The notes beneath the pieces were generated by a model. That model made no database searches. It was not told the DNA's origin and worked only from the letters and a program-made list of their open reading frames with translations. From positions 1-64,000 of the forward strand of contig NIVC01001147.1 of NCBI GenBank assembly GCA_002269645.1: a stretch of 64,000 bases of DNA. Direction: 5' to 3'. Positions within the stretch are counted from its first letter, which is position 1. Every line of letters begins with the position of its first letter. The position numbers and the translations under genes are program-made. Shown piece after piece: positions 11,901 through 22,664 of this stretch. This DNA comes from Macrostomum lignano. Taxonomy: Eukaryota.

Positions 11901-14900
11901 AAGCGTTTATATACGCTATGGAAAAGTTGTGCATCTAATTATCCTCTGTCAATAATCGTTACCATCTTTTATTGCTTTAATATTTCAAATTCCCAAATCC
12001 AGTTGTAGGCTGATTAATTATCTGTATTAAGCTCCATTAGCAATAGACCTGGTGGAACTGCCACCAATGTTTAGTGTCTAATCTAAACAGTGTGTGAAAA
12101 TTTTAAAATGATGCTTGCCTTTGTATGCTGTAGTTTATACGCACAGATTTATAACCATACTAAACCAGTGCAAAATTGCCGAGATTTCGATTCAAATTTA
12201 TCTGCAGCCTGAATGCCATTTATAGAGGCTCTCTGCGTCATTGGTGACGTGCACTCCGTGTCTGTTAGTATTTTATCTGTAATCTGTCTTTAGTAATCTA
12301 TCTATCTGTCATAGGGTCCCTCCCTGTAGATTTTCTATTAGTGGGGTCAGCTGCCCTCCCTGTAGATTTTCTATTAGTGGGGTCAGATGCCCTCCCAGTA
12401 GATTTTCTATTAGTGGGGTCAGATGCCCTCCCTGTAGATTTTCTATTAGTGGGGTCAGATGCCCTCCCTGTAGATTTTCTACTAGTGGGGTCAGATGCCC
12501 TCCCTGTAGATTTTCTATTAGTGGGGTCAGCTGCCCTCCCTGTAGATTTTCTATTAGTGGGGTCAGATGCCCTCCCTGTAGATCTTTTATTAGTGGGGTC
12601 AGCTGCCCTCCCTGTAGATTTTCTATTAGTGGGGTCAGATGCCCTCCCTGTAGATTTTCTATTAGTGGGGTCAGCTGCCCTCCCTGTAGATTTTCTATTA
12701 GTGGGGTCAGCTGCCCTCCCTGTAGATCTTTTATTAGTGGGGTCAGCTGCCCTCCCTGTAGATTTTCTATTAGTGGGGTCAGATGCCCTCCCTGTAGATC
12801 TTTTATTAGTGGGGTCAGCTGCCCTCCCTGTAGATTTTCTATTAGTGGGGTCAGATGCCCTCCCTGTAGATTTTCTATTAGTGGGGTCAGCTGCCCTCCC
12901 TGTAGATTTTCTATTAGTGGGGTCAGCTGCCCTCCCTGTAGATCTTTTATTAGTGGGGTCAGCTGCCCTCCCTGTAGATTTTCTATTAGTGGGGTCAGAT
13001 GCCCTCCCTGTAGATTTTCTATTAGTGGGGTCAGCTGCCATACCTGTAGATTTTCTATTAGTGGGGTCAGATGCCCTCCCTGTAGATTTTCTATTAGTGG
13101 GGTCAGATGCCCTCCCTGTAGATCTCTCTATAGGCCTCTGATCCTTCATTGGGCTTCTGCCCAGGTGAGGCACCTGTACTTTCAGTTTTTCTTCAAGAAA
13201 AATCTGTCCCGACGTTTCCCCTGCCAGAAGAATTCTTTAATGCGTAATAAAGAAAAGTATTAATGCGGAGCTGCACGTCGGGACAACAAATTTTTTATTA
13301 TATTAGTTTTATTTTCTATCTCAGCTTCAATAGTACTGAGTCCAAGACTTCAGGACAGCCACTGGGGGGGGGCTGCTCGGCGGTGGGTCTCTCTGCCTCG
13401 CACTTCTTTCTTTTGCTGAGTCGTTTAGACTGCGTGCGAAACCAATTCTACTGAGGCCACAGCCGCGCAGCAGCGGCTACCCAATTGCACAGTGCGCTTT
13501 AATTATTCAGTTGACTGCCAGGCGAGTCTGCTAGATAAATTTGGTAGACGATATTGTTTTTCTACCTCTGTTAGTTTTGTTGCTAACTTTTTTATTTATC
13601 TAAATCAGAGGATAGCGGGGACCCACTGAAGGAGCGGAGGATGACAGCGGGGACCCACTGAATGAGTGGAGGGTGACAGCGGGGACCCACTGAAGGAGCG
13701 GAGGGTAACAGCGGAGACCCACTGAAGGAGCGGAGGGTAACAGCGGAGACCCACTGAAGGAGCGGAGGGTGACAGCGGGGACCCACTGAATGAGTGGAGG
13801 GCGACAGCGGAGACCCACTGAATGAGTGGAGGGCGACAGCGGAGACCCACTGAATGAGTGGAGGGCGACAGCGGAGACCCACTGAATGAGTGGAGGGTGA
13901 CAGCGGGGACCCACTGAATGAGTGGAGGGTAACAGAGGAGACCCACTGAAGGAGCGGAGGGTGACAGCGGGGACCCACTGAATGAGTGGAGGGTAACAGA
14001 GGAGACCCACTGAAGGAGCGGAGGGTGACAGCGGAGACCCACTGAATGAGTGGAGGGTGACAGCGGGGACTCAGTAAAAGACAAAATCTGAACGATTTAA
14101 AGATACCTTAATAAAAAGTGTTACAATTTACTTATAAATAGCAAATTATGGAGATGTTTCCGTGAAGTAATATATTTGTAAAGTTTTTTCTTAATCAGTA
14201 GCACAAAACCGCAATTTTCCAGTCGCAGCGAGTGGCGCGTGCACCACTATCACATCTACGTGAACGATCAGCGCCAGTACTATCTGGCTGAGAAGCACGC
14301 CTGCGCGTCTATTCCTGAGTTAATCTTCTATCACAAGCACAATTCTGGCGGTGAGTATCTAGTATATGATTATCACTACTCTGTGACTGTTTTCGGTGAG
14401 ATTCTCACTACTCTATGGCAATCTAGGGTGAGATTCTCGCTACTCTATGGCAATCTAGGGTGAGATTCTCTACTCTATGGAAATCTAGGGTAAGATTCTC
14501 GCTACTCTATGGCAATCTAGGGTGAGATTCTCGCTACTCTATGGCAATCTAGGGTGAGATTCTCTACTCTTTGGAAATCTAGGGTGAGATTCTCACTACT
14601 CTATGGTAATCTAGGGTGAGATTCTCACTATTCTACGGTGTAATCTAGGTTGAGATTCTCACTACTCTATAGTGTAATCTAGGTTGAGATTCTCACTACT
14701 CTATGGTGTAATCTAGATTGAGATTCTCACTACTCTATGGTAATCTGGGGTGAGATTCTCACTACTCTATGGTGTAATCTAGATTGAGATTCTCACTACT
14801 CTATGGTAATCTGGGGTGAGATTCTCACTACTCTATGGTGTAATCTAGGTTGTGATTCTCACTACTCTATGACAATCTAGGGTGAGATTCTCGCTACTAT

Positions 14901-17408
14901 ATGACAATCTAGGGTGAGATTCTCTACTCTATGGAAATATAGGGTGAGATTCTCGCTACTCTATGGCAATCTAGGGTAAGATTCTCACTACTCTGTGGCA
15001 ATCTAGGGTAAGATTCTCACTACTCTGTGGCAATCTAGGGTAAGATTCTCGCTACTCTATGGCAATCTAGGGTAAAATTCTCGCTACTCTATGGCAATCT
15101 AGGGTAAGATTCTCGCTACTCTATGGAAATCTAGGGTGAGATTCTCGCTACTCTACGGAAATCTAGGGTGAGATTCTCGCTACTCTGTGGCAATCTAGGG
15201 TAAAATTCTCGCTACTCTATGGCAATCTAGGGTGAGATTCTCGCTACTCTATGGCAATCTAGGGTGAGATTATTGAATTTATCAAAATAGGCTAAGATCA
15301 AGGCAAAACCATCCCCCGCATCCGCAGGCTTGGTTGTCCGCCTGCGCTCGCCGCCCAGCCTCGGCCAGGAGGCGCCGGCCCCGGTGGGCCTTGGCTTCGA
15401 CGAGCTCGAAGTTGATCCGGCCGAGCTCAAAATGGACCGCGACCCGATTGGCCGCGGCCAATTCGGCGAAGTCCGCCGCGGCTGGCTTCGCGGCACCCCG
15501 GTGGCCGTCAAGCTGATGCTGGAAGGCGCCATGGCTGAGGAGGACTTCATCGAGGAGGCGAGAAATATGCGCAATTTGAATCACCCGAATCTTGTTCAGC
15601 TATTCGGTGTGGTCACCAAGTCTAAGCCGGTCATGCTGGTCACGGACTACATGCCGTACGGATCGCTGAAAGACTTTCTACGCTCCCGTCGGGATAACTA
15701 TATGAAGGCTAGTCGGGTTGCCGCCCTGCTAGACGTGTGCAACCAGGTAGCCGTGGCTATGATGTACCTGGAGGAGAGGAACTTCATTCACCGGGACTTG
15801 GCCTGCAGAAACATATTGGTCAAATCGTTGCTGCACCTGCACGGCTATATTGAGGCGAGTGTAGCATTGCATCGGTTTGGGGGGTCGTTGAGTTATTAGA
15901 GTTGCAAAGAGTATCCATCAGATAGCTGTAGGCATTGGAAGAGAGGTGGACTGTGAGAGAGGGGTAGACAATGATAAGCTAGACTGAGAATGAATGAGAA
16001 TGGTTAAGAAGTAGGCTGAGAGTGGATGAGAGGTAGGCTGAGAGTGAATGAGAGGTAGGCTGAGAGTGAATCAGAGGTAGGCTGAGAGTGAATGAGAGGT
16101 AGGCTGAGAGTGAATGAGAGGTAGGCTGAGAGTGAATCAGAGGTAGGCTGAGAGTGAATCAGAGGTAGGCTGAGAGTGAATCAGAGGTAGGCTGAGAGTG
16201 AATCAGAGGTAGGCTGAGAGTGAATGAGAGGTAGGCTGAGAGTGAATCAGAGGTAGGCTGAGAGTGAATGAGAGGTAGGCTGAGATTGAATGAGAGGTAG
16301 GCTGAGAGTGAATCAGAGGTAGGCTGAGAGTGAATCAGAGGTAGGCTGAGAGTGAATGAGAGGTAGGCTGAGAGTGGATGAGAGGTAAGCTGAGAGTGAA
16401 TGAGAGGTAGGCTGAGAGTGGATGAGAGGTAGGCTGAGAGGTAGGCTGAGAGGTAGACTGAAAGTGGATGAGAGGTAGACTGAAAGTGGATGAGAGGTAG
16501 ACTGAAAGCGGATGAGAGGTGAACTGAAAATTAATGAGGTAAGCTGAGAGTGAATGAGATGTAGGCTGAGAAGGGATGAGAATTAGACTGAGAGTGAGTA
16601 AGAATTGGTGATGATAGGTAATGGGGGCGGTATCCCAGTGGTCAAGCGCGGCGCTCTGATGTGCCAGCGGTCCAGGCTCGATTCCCATTGCAGTCGCATT
16701 AATCTGCGAGGGCTAAATTAGAATCTCAGCTTGGCTCTGCTCGTGCAATAAATGCCATTGAGGGCCAACCCCAAGGCGCAGTAAATTGTACATGCCTAAC
16801 GATAAAATAAGTTAGGGCCACTTGTACACCTCTGTGTGTGAGTGTGTGGCTGTTCAGGGGAGTCAGCGGTATGAACAGCAATAAAAAAATCAAATGGATG
16901 AGAGGTAGACTGAGAAAGAGTGAGAAGTAGACAGAGAAGGGCGTGTCAGCACATGGTCTCGGGTTAGTAAAGTACCCAAGGCTAATCCGAATCCCACCCC
17001 CACCCCTGTTAACAGGTGAAGGTGAGCGACTTCGGCATGGCCCGGTTCCTCCTGGGCCAAGAGTACGACGCCTCGGCCGGTTCGAAATTCCCGGTTCGCT
17101 GGGCCGCACCGGAGGTGTTCCAGTGCAACCGGTACAGCGTCAAGTCCGACGTCTGGGCGTTCGGCGTCCTCATGTGGGAGGTGTTCACCTGCTGCGACAG
17201 TCCCTATGGCAACCGGACTAACGCCCAGGTGTGCCAGTACGTGGCAGACGGCGGGGTGCTGGAGAAGCCCAGACTGTGCCCGGAGCACCAGGTGTACGTG
17301 TACATCATGCTGGACTGTTGGAAGTCGCAGTCGAGCGATCGGCCGTCATTTAGCGAAATTGTAGCCAAATTCGACATTGTGCTAGAGAATACCAATGTGT
17401 TCCGTTGA
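5942..17408 (+). CDS. TEC: Tec/Btk-family non-receptor tyrosine kinase (PH, Btk zinc motif, SH3, SH2, kinase), 9 coding exons, about 695 aa
   Basis: Exons 5942-6094, 7793(or 7790)-8254, 9259-9414, 10562-10626, 10707-10766, 10865-11008, 14223-14350, 15328-15854, 17016-17408. Phases all match; 2088 nt total. Motifs: KRSQNK..NFKERYF (PH), YHPGAW..GRFACC...HGC (Btk), WWYVRD..GYIPANY (SH3), WYYKNISR..GCFLVRDS (SH2), GRGQFG/VAVK/HRDLACRN/DFG/KFPVRWAAPE (kinase). The symbol is family-level (Tec/Btk/Btk29A). Confidence 0.95.
6170..7748. repeat. Minisatellite in Tec intron 1; 34-bp units grading into 28-bp units
   Basis: Units GTTGCTGTGCCACCGGAACCCTCCCAGATTCTCA and GTTGCTGGGCCAGCCTCCCAGATCCTCA; the source of the overlapping repetitive ORFs. 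Confidence 0.97.
8312..8960. mobile_element. Non-autonomous hAT (Charlie-like) MITE; right terminal repeat interrupted by a SINE
   Basis: Left end CAGGGGTCGGCAAC at 8312. Right end GGGCCGCATGTGGACCGCGGGCCGGAGTTTGCCGACCCC at 8547-8585 is typical of Charlie-like ends; the terminal repeat resumes at 8947-8960. Flanks GCTTAGTG and GTGTAGAG are 5/8 identical (possible eroded 8-bp TSD). Confidence 0.75.
8586..8946 (-). mobile_element. tRNA-derived SINE, family A, full length with A-tail and 12-bp TSD
   Basis: Minus-strand head GGGGGCCGTAGCCCAGCGGTCTAGCGCAGG...CCAGGCTCGATTCCAAG (Pol III A and B boxes, tRNA-His-like). A-rich tail at 8586-8594. TTTGCCGACCCC is duplicated at 8574-8585 and 8947-8958. 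Confidence 0.8.
9565..10402. repeat. 30-bp minisatellite in Tec intron 3
   Basis: TCTCATTGAGCTGCTGACCAACTGATCTAT repeated about 28 times, nearly homogeneous. Confidence 0.98.
11170..11645. repeat. 20-bp pyrimidine-rich minisatellite in Tec intron 6
   Basis: ATCTCTCCTTGTCTACCTCC and variants. Confidence 0.95.
12310..13125. repeat. 36-bp minisatellite in Tec intron 6
   Basis: GCCCTCCCTGTAGATTTTCTATTAGTGGGGTCAGAT; gives the 12-aa GSDALPVDFLLV periodicity in the ORF track. Confidence 0.97.
13610..14072. repeat. 32-bp minisatellite in Tec intron 6
   Basis: CAGCGGGGACCCACTGAATGAGTGGAGGGTGA and variants. Confidence 0.95.
14395..15272. repeat. ~32-bp minisatellite filling Tec intron 7
   Basis: GAGATTCTCGCTACTCTATGGCAATCTAGGGT, about 27 units. 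Confidence 0.96.
16010..16585. repeat. 22-bp purine-rich minisatellite in Tec intron 8
   Basis: GAGAGGTAGGCTGAGAGTGAAT repeats. Confidence 0.95.
16623..16870 (+). mobile_element. tRNA-derived SINE, family A, 3'-truncated copy
   Basis: Head GGGGCGGTATCCCAGTGGTCAAGCGCGG...CCAGGCTCGATTCCCATTGCAGTC. The body (CTTGGCTCTGCTCGTGCAAT...CATGCCTAACGATAA...GGGGAGTC) is the reverse complement of 8680-8945. Confidence 0.8.
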
Positions 17409-17827
17409 ATTCTTACAGCCCGAGTCTTTGACCGACTTCATTTTACCTACTGATAGTAGTTAGAGAATTCGCTCGCTTATTTCTGTGCATCTGAAGGTCA
17501 TTTCTGTGCATCTGAAGGTCAATTGGTCAATTCCAAATCTCGGTAATGTATTTTAAACAGCAATTTTCTATAAATTTCTATTCTCACTTCCTCCTTGAGC
17601 TTTTTTTGTGATCCTTGCTATAATCTTGGCTTGCACCTGCTAAACAAACTTAACTATATATGTACTAGCTCTGAACTTGTTGCTTTTACTATAGTGCATT
17701 ATATATGCAATTGTAGTTTTGCTTATAAGCGCGCCTGCATATAGTTAAATATTTTTTTAAACTGCCTTCTGCAGCTGAAGAACGCATTGATTGCATAGGC
17801 TTCTTGTGCTTTTGCTAGCCATCTACA

Positions 17828-18178
17828 CCTGTGCCTGTATCTCCTGCCTGTATCTCCTGTCTGTGTCTCCTGCCTGTATCTCCTGTCTGTATCTCCTGCC
17901 TGTATCTCCTGTGTGTATCTCCTGTCTGTGTCTCCTGTCTGTATCTCCTGCCTGTATCTTTTGCCTGTATCTGCTGTCTGTATCTCCTGTCTGTATCTCC
18001 TGTCTGTATCTCCTGTCTGTATCTTCTGCCTGTATCTCCTGTCTGCATCTCCTGTCTGTGTCTCCTGCCTGTGTCTCCTGCCTGTGTCTCCTGTCTGTAT
18101 CTCCTGTCTGCATCTCCTGTCTGTGTCTCCTGCCTGTGTCTCCTGCCTGTGTCTCCTGTCTGTATCTCCTGTCTGTCC
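17828..18178. repeat. 10-14-bp CT-rich tandem repeat
   Basis: CTGTATCTCCTGTC-type units downstream of the Tec stop. Confidence 0.93.
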
Positions 18179-19624
18179 CTAATAGATGTCATAACAGGCC
18201 AGTTTCGATTGCCATTCGATGCGAAAATGTGCCTATCTATGTTTTTAAAAACTTCATACTTCGCGCTTCGTAGTTAAATTTTGAAGCTATGCAGCTCCTG
18301 TGGTTTTGAATAAAATAACGCCTATAATGCAATTCATACGTTTGCCTTCACACTCACCCTTCTCTACTCTCTCTAATCTGTCTGTCTCCCGCACTGCACG
18401 TACGCCAGCTGCTTTATTTTGAGGATTTCGCTGCCTTTTTTCAGCTTTTCGGCTTCTCTGTCGGCTTATTTCCTGCTTCTAAAAGATTCTGTCTTTCGAA
18501 TTTTGCCGCTGCCAGTCTCTTTGACTGCCTCCCCCCCCCCGACTCGTTTGATAAAGTTTTGCTTCTAAAGTAGTTCATTCGCTCGTTTAAAGTGCACGCT
18601 CGCCGCTATACACTCACCAAATACTGTTTTGCTCTGTTCCGCTTCAAGCATGCCGGCATAATGATCAGCTGATTGGGTGTTGCATCGCAAACCCCCTCGT
18701 GTTGCAATAGAAATTCAATTTCACAGAATATTCCCTGGTGAGTCATTATAACTGCTCTTCTGTTGTGACCGATCATCGCTAATGTAATCTCAGTAAACTA
18801 ATTTATCTAGTGGCTTAATACGTACTTCCACTTTACAAAAAACATTTAATTGCTCGAATTTGGTGACTAAAGTCCTAGTTCTTTTACGTTTACTCAAATG
18901 TTCCACGCATTGATTTATTTAATATAATCAAACATGAGCTATGCAAAGCAATGCCTGCTTGCCCCCAGCTGTTCAATTCCGCAGGTTTATACTTCACTCT
19001 TCTACTAGCTGAACTTTGTGTCTTCTCAAAGTATATCACCTAATCTGGTTGCTACATTTTTTATACTTTTTTTCTCGTAACTTTTTTTAAATTTGCGCAA
19101 ATTATTCTTACACAGGTGAGCTTGGCCTACTTTGAGTAGTTTGCTAGTAAGTAGTGGTATTTTTTGTAACTGGAAGTCTAGTAAATTTTGGAATTTTGCA
19201 GAATTATTATATTATTAATAGTCGAGTGTCTGTCAATGTAGCCTCGAATCCCAATTAATTTCTTTATTCTGTTTTTTTCTGTTCTAGAAAGTTAAAACAA
19301 TCATTTTGCGGTGTAAAGCATTATTTAATATTACTGTTTCCAATATTTGAAGATACAAATATATTGTCTTTTTAGTGCGTTTTTTTATTTTTGTACAGCA
19401 CCTCCGTTCTCTCCGCGTGTTTGACAATGCAAATTGCAATTTATATATATGACTATATTGACCCACCTGTGCTATTTTTGTAGACATACTTCGCAATCTT
19501 GTCTATATAAATAGATAAGTATATCTAGGAAAATTGTAATCTAGAAGGCTATTCTGCTGTTCAGTTTAATGCAAATTCGAATAGTTTTTTAAAATAATTA
19601 TTGATTTTTAACACGGGGATTAAC

Positions 19625-20200
19625 ACGTATATATCTGGGTGTTGTGAAACTTCGTGAGTGTATATATCTGGGTGTTGTGAAACTTCGGGAGTGTATATGT
19701 CTGGGTGTTGTGAAGATTCGGGAGTGTATATATCTGGGTGTTGTGAAACTTCGTCAGTGTATATATCTGGGTGTTGTGAAACTTCGGGAGTGTATATATC
19801 TGGGTGTTGTGAAACTTCGGGAGTGTATATATCTGGGTGTTGTGAAACTTCGTCAGTGTATATATCGTCACCCAGATAGTGTATATATCTGGGTGTTGAA
19901 ACTTCGGGAGTGTATATATCTGGGTGTTGTGAAACTTCGTCAGTGTATATATCTGATGGTTGTGATACTTCGTCAGTGTATATATCTGGGTGTTGTGAAA
20001 CTTCGTCAGTGTATATATCTGAGTGTTGTGAAACTTCGTGAGTGTATATATCTGGGTGTTGTGAAACTTCGTCAGTGTATATATCTGATGGTTGTGAAAC
20101 TTCGGGAGTGTATATATCTGGGTGTTGTGAAACTTCGTCAGTGTATATATCTGGGTGTTGTGAAACTTCGGGAGTGTATATATCTGGGTGTTGTGAAGAT
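19625..20200. repeat. 33-bp minisatellite
   Basis: GTGTATATATCTGGGTGTTGTGAAACTTCGGGA units. Confidence 0.96.
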
Positions 20201-21899
20201 TCGTTCTTTCAACATACTTAGGAATTAAAAAGGCTGGTAAACAAAGGAGACAAACAAAACAGTTTAGTGAATTGGCGAATTCACACAATTTTATTGATTT
20301 TTCTTGCCATAAAATAAGTGTATATATTGCTGGTTAAAATGGATGTGGGAAACAAATTTATGCGAGGTTTACTTTAAGAATTTTTTTACTTATTTACTTT
20401 GTTCTAGAACTGACTATTATGGATGACGCTGACAGACACCTGGCTGCGTCTTCTCAGGTGGCTGCATTATCAGAGTTTGTTTTAATTTCTGCAGCACTCT
20501 TGCCTCTGAGGAGTCGCCAGATGTCTGGGCGTGTATCGCGTAGGTAAAAGGCGCCTAAAGAAAACTTGCTAGTTAGCACAACACCGATATAGAGGAGAGT
20601 AGACAGATGTCAGATAAAACCCTAGCAGTTTCTACTAAAAGTAATACAAACGTTAAAACACTAAAAAATAAAACGTGAGGACGCGCGCGCGATCATGAGT
20701 TGTCCCGTGCCTGTTTTCGGGCTAATATTAAAATAAACAATAGCATTAATGGTGCAGCGCGATACCGCTCGGCCTTAAAATAACCAGGCCAGAGACGGAT
20801 GAAAACGCACTTTTTTCGAAACAAACAAGATCCACAGAAACACCCAAACAGGCGCTACAACAGGAATAAACAGCATCGAGTTTATTATGCATTGTTAGGG
20901 TGGGGAGGGATATAAGCTGGAAGGTTTTGAGAAACGAATGTCAAGTTACTCTTGTAATCGTTGTTGGAGTTTCTCAATTTGTGACCTTTTTAAGCGAATC
21001 TACGTTGTTTTTAGATGGTCTCTTATATTTTTAGAGGCTCTCTACGTCTGCAGAGGCTCATTATGTTTTGTGTTTTACAGGGGCTCTACATTGTTTTTGG
21101 GGGTTCTCTACGTTGTTGCAGAGGCTTTCTACGTTGTTGCAAAGGCTCTCTACGTTGTTGCTAGAGGCTCTCAATCGTAGCGCTTCATAGAAGTTGCTTC
21201 GATGGGGCTCTCGTGATTTTTCCGATAATATTTAGAATTCTTTTTACTAAGTTGAACAACAACGAGGACAATGAGGACAAAAACAATAATGATTAGCAAC
21301 ATAATTTATGGGCCAGAGTTAACATATAATTACGATAGCTACTAGACATTTGCATTGAGGAACGTTAAAACAAATATAAATAAATATTTAGCATTGAATT
21401 TGTGAAAATGATTATTGCAACCTTGGATTAGCTCATCAGCGTATATCGAGCGCGTGACAATGCATGAATTCTGCGAGTTCGGAAGGAGTCTAATGAGGGG
21501 CCCAGTTAAGCTATGGTCGGCACCCGCTTCTCATTCACTAACTTAGACACGAGCTCTAAGGACTAAGTACGAGCTATTTGAATCAACTATAACTAGGCTT
21601 AAAAACGCGTTCTTTATAGAAATAGAATGAATGCTACTGTAAGATAAGATGGGATTAATGTATCGGCAATAACGGGGAGGAAAACAAATACAAATGTGGG
21701 GCATAGGACTGAAACAGAAAACCAGATAATCTGGTTAATATAATAGAGGAAACAAAGAAAATAAAACTATTTTAGATGTGTACTATTTTCATAAGCACAG
21801 GCAATGACCGATGGGAATAACTTCATTCGTTCTTCGCAATTTATGTCGTAGTTTACCCAGATTTTTTGGGATTCCCCGTTCTCTGGAGAAGATTACACT

Positions 21900-22325
21900 C
21901 CATGGAAATTTCAAGACACTGCAGAGTTCTATGGAATTTCCCAGACACTGCAGAGTTCTATGGAATTTTCCAGACACTGCAGAGTTCTATGGAATTTCCC
22001 AGACACTGCAGAGTTCTATGGAATTTCCTAGACACTGCAGAGTTCTATGGAATTTCCCAGACACTGCAGAGTTCTATGGAATTTCCTAGACACTGCAGAG
22101 TTCTATGGAATTTCCCAGACACTGCAGAGTTCTATGGAATTTCCCAGACACTACAGAGTTCTATGGAATTTCCCAGACACTGCAGAGTTCTATGGAATTT
22201 TCCAGACACTGCAGAGTTCTATGGAATTTCCCAGACACTGCAGAGTTCTATGGAATTTCCTAGACACTGCAGAGTTCTATGGAATTTCCTAGACACTGCA
22301 GAGTTCTATGGAATTTCCCAGACAG
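21900..22325. repeat. 29-bp minisatellite
   Basis: ATGGAATTTCCCAGACACTGCAGAGTTCT units. Confidence 0.96.
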
Positions 22326-22664
22326 ACACTGTAGAACTATAGATGCTAAATACGAGTAGTAATCGACGATATTTTGTTGAAAACAAAGACTATTATATAT
22401 AAGGATTATATAAGTAACTTGTAGACGATAATTGTTACTATGCCTTTGCTCCGGGTGCTCACAAGTATAGCGGATATAATATAAGTGATGCAGGTAGTAT
22501 GGATAAGTAGCGACTACTGACAGTCTATCAGTTGTAAAGTCACCCCAATCGATGTACTTCGAAGTACACGCTAGCACGGCTCGTTTCGCTTCGTCTACTT
22601 GTTTCGTTTTTCTATGGTCTTTGTTGTCAATATCGTGTCTTTGTTCGACCTGCGCTAAGGCAGG

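Noticed and set aside
11045-14084. Leu/Ser-rich and TGRAADP-repeat ORFs
   Set aside because: Products of the 20-, 36- and 32-bp arrays within Tec intron 6.
16890-17288. Antisense ORFs over Tec, AVL9, SNX and GPCR exons
   Set aside because: GC-rich exon shadows without recognisable motifs.
19620-22342. HNTQIYTLPKF and related repeat ORFs
   Set aside because: 33-bp and 29-bp tandem repeats; not genes.
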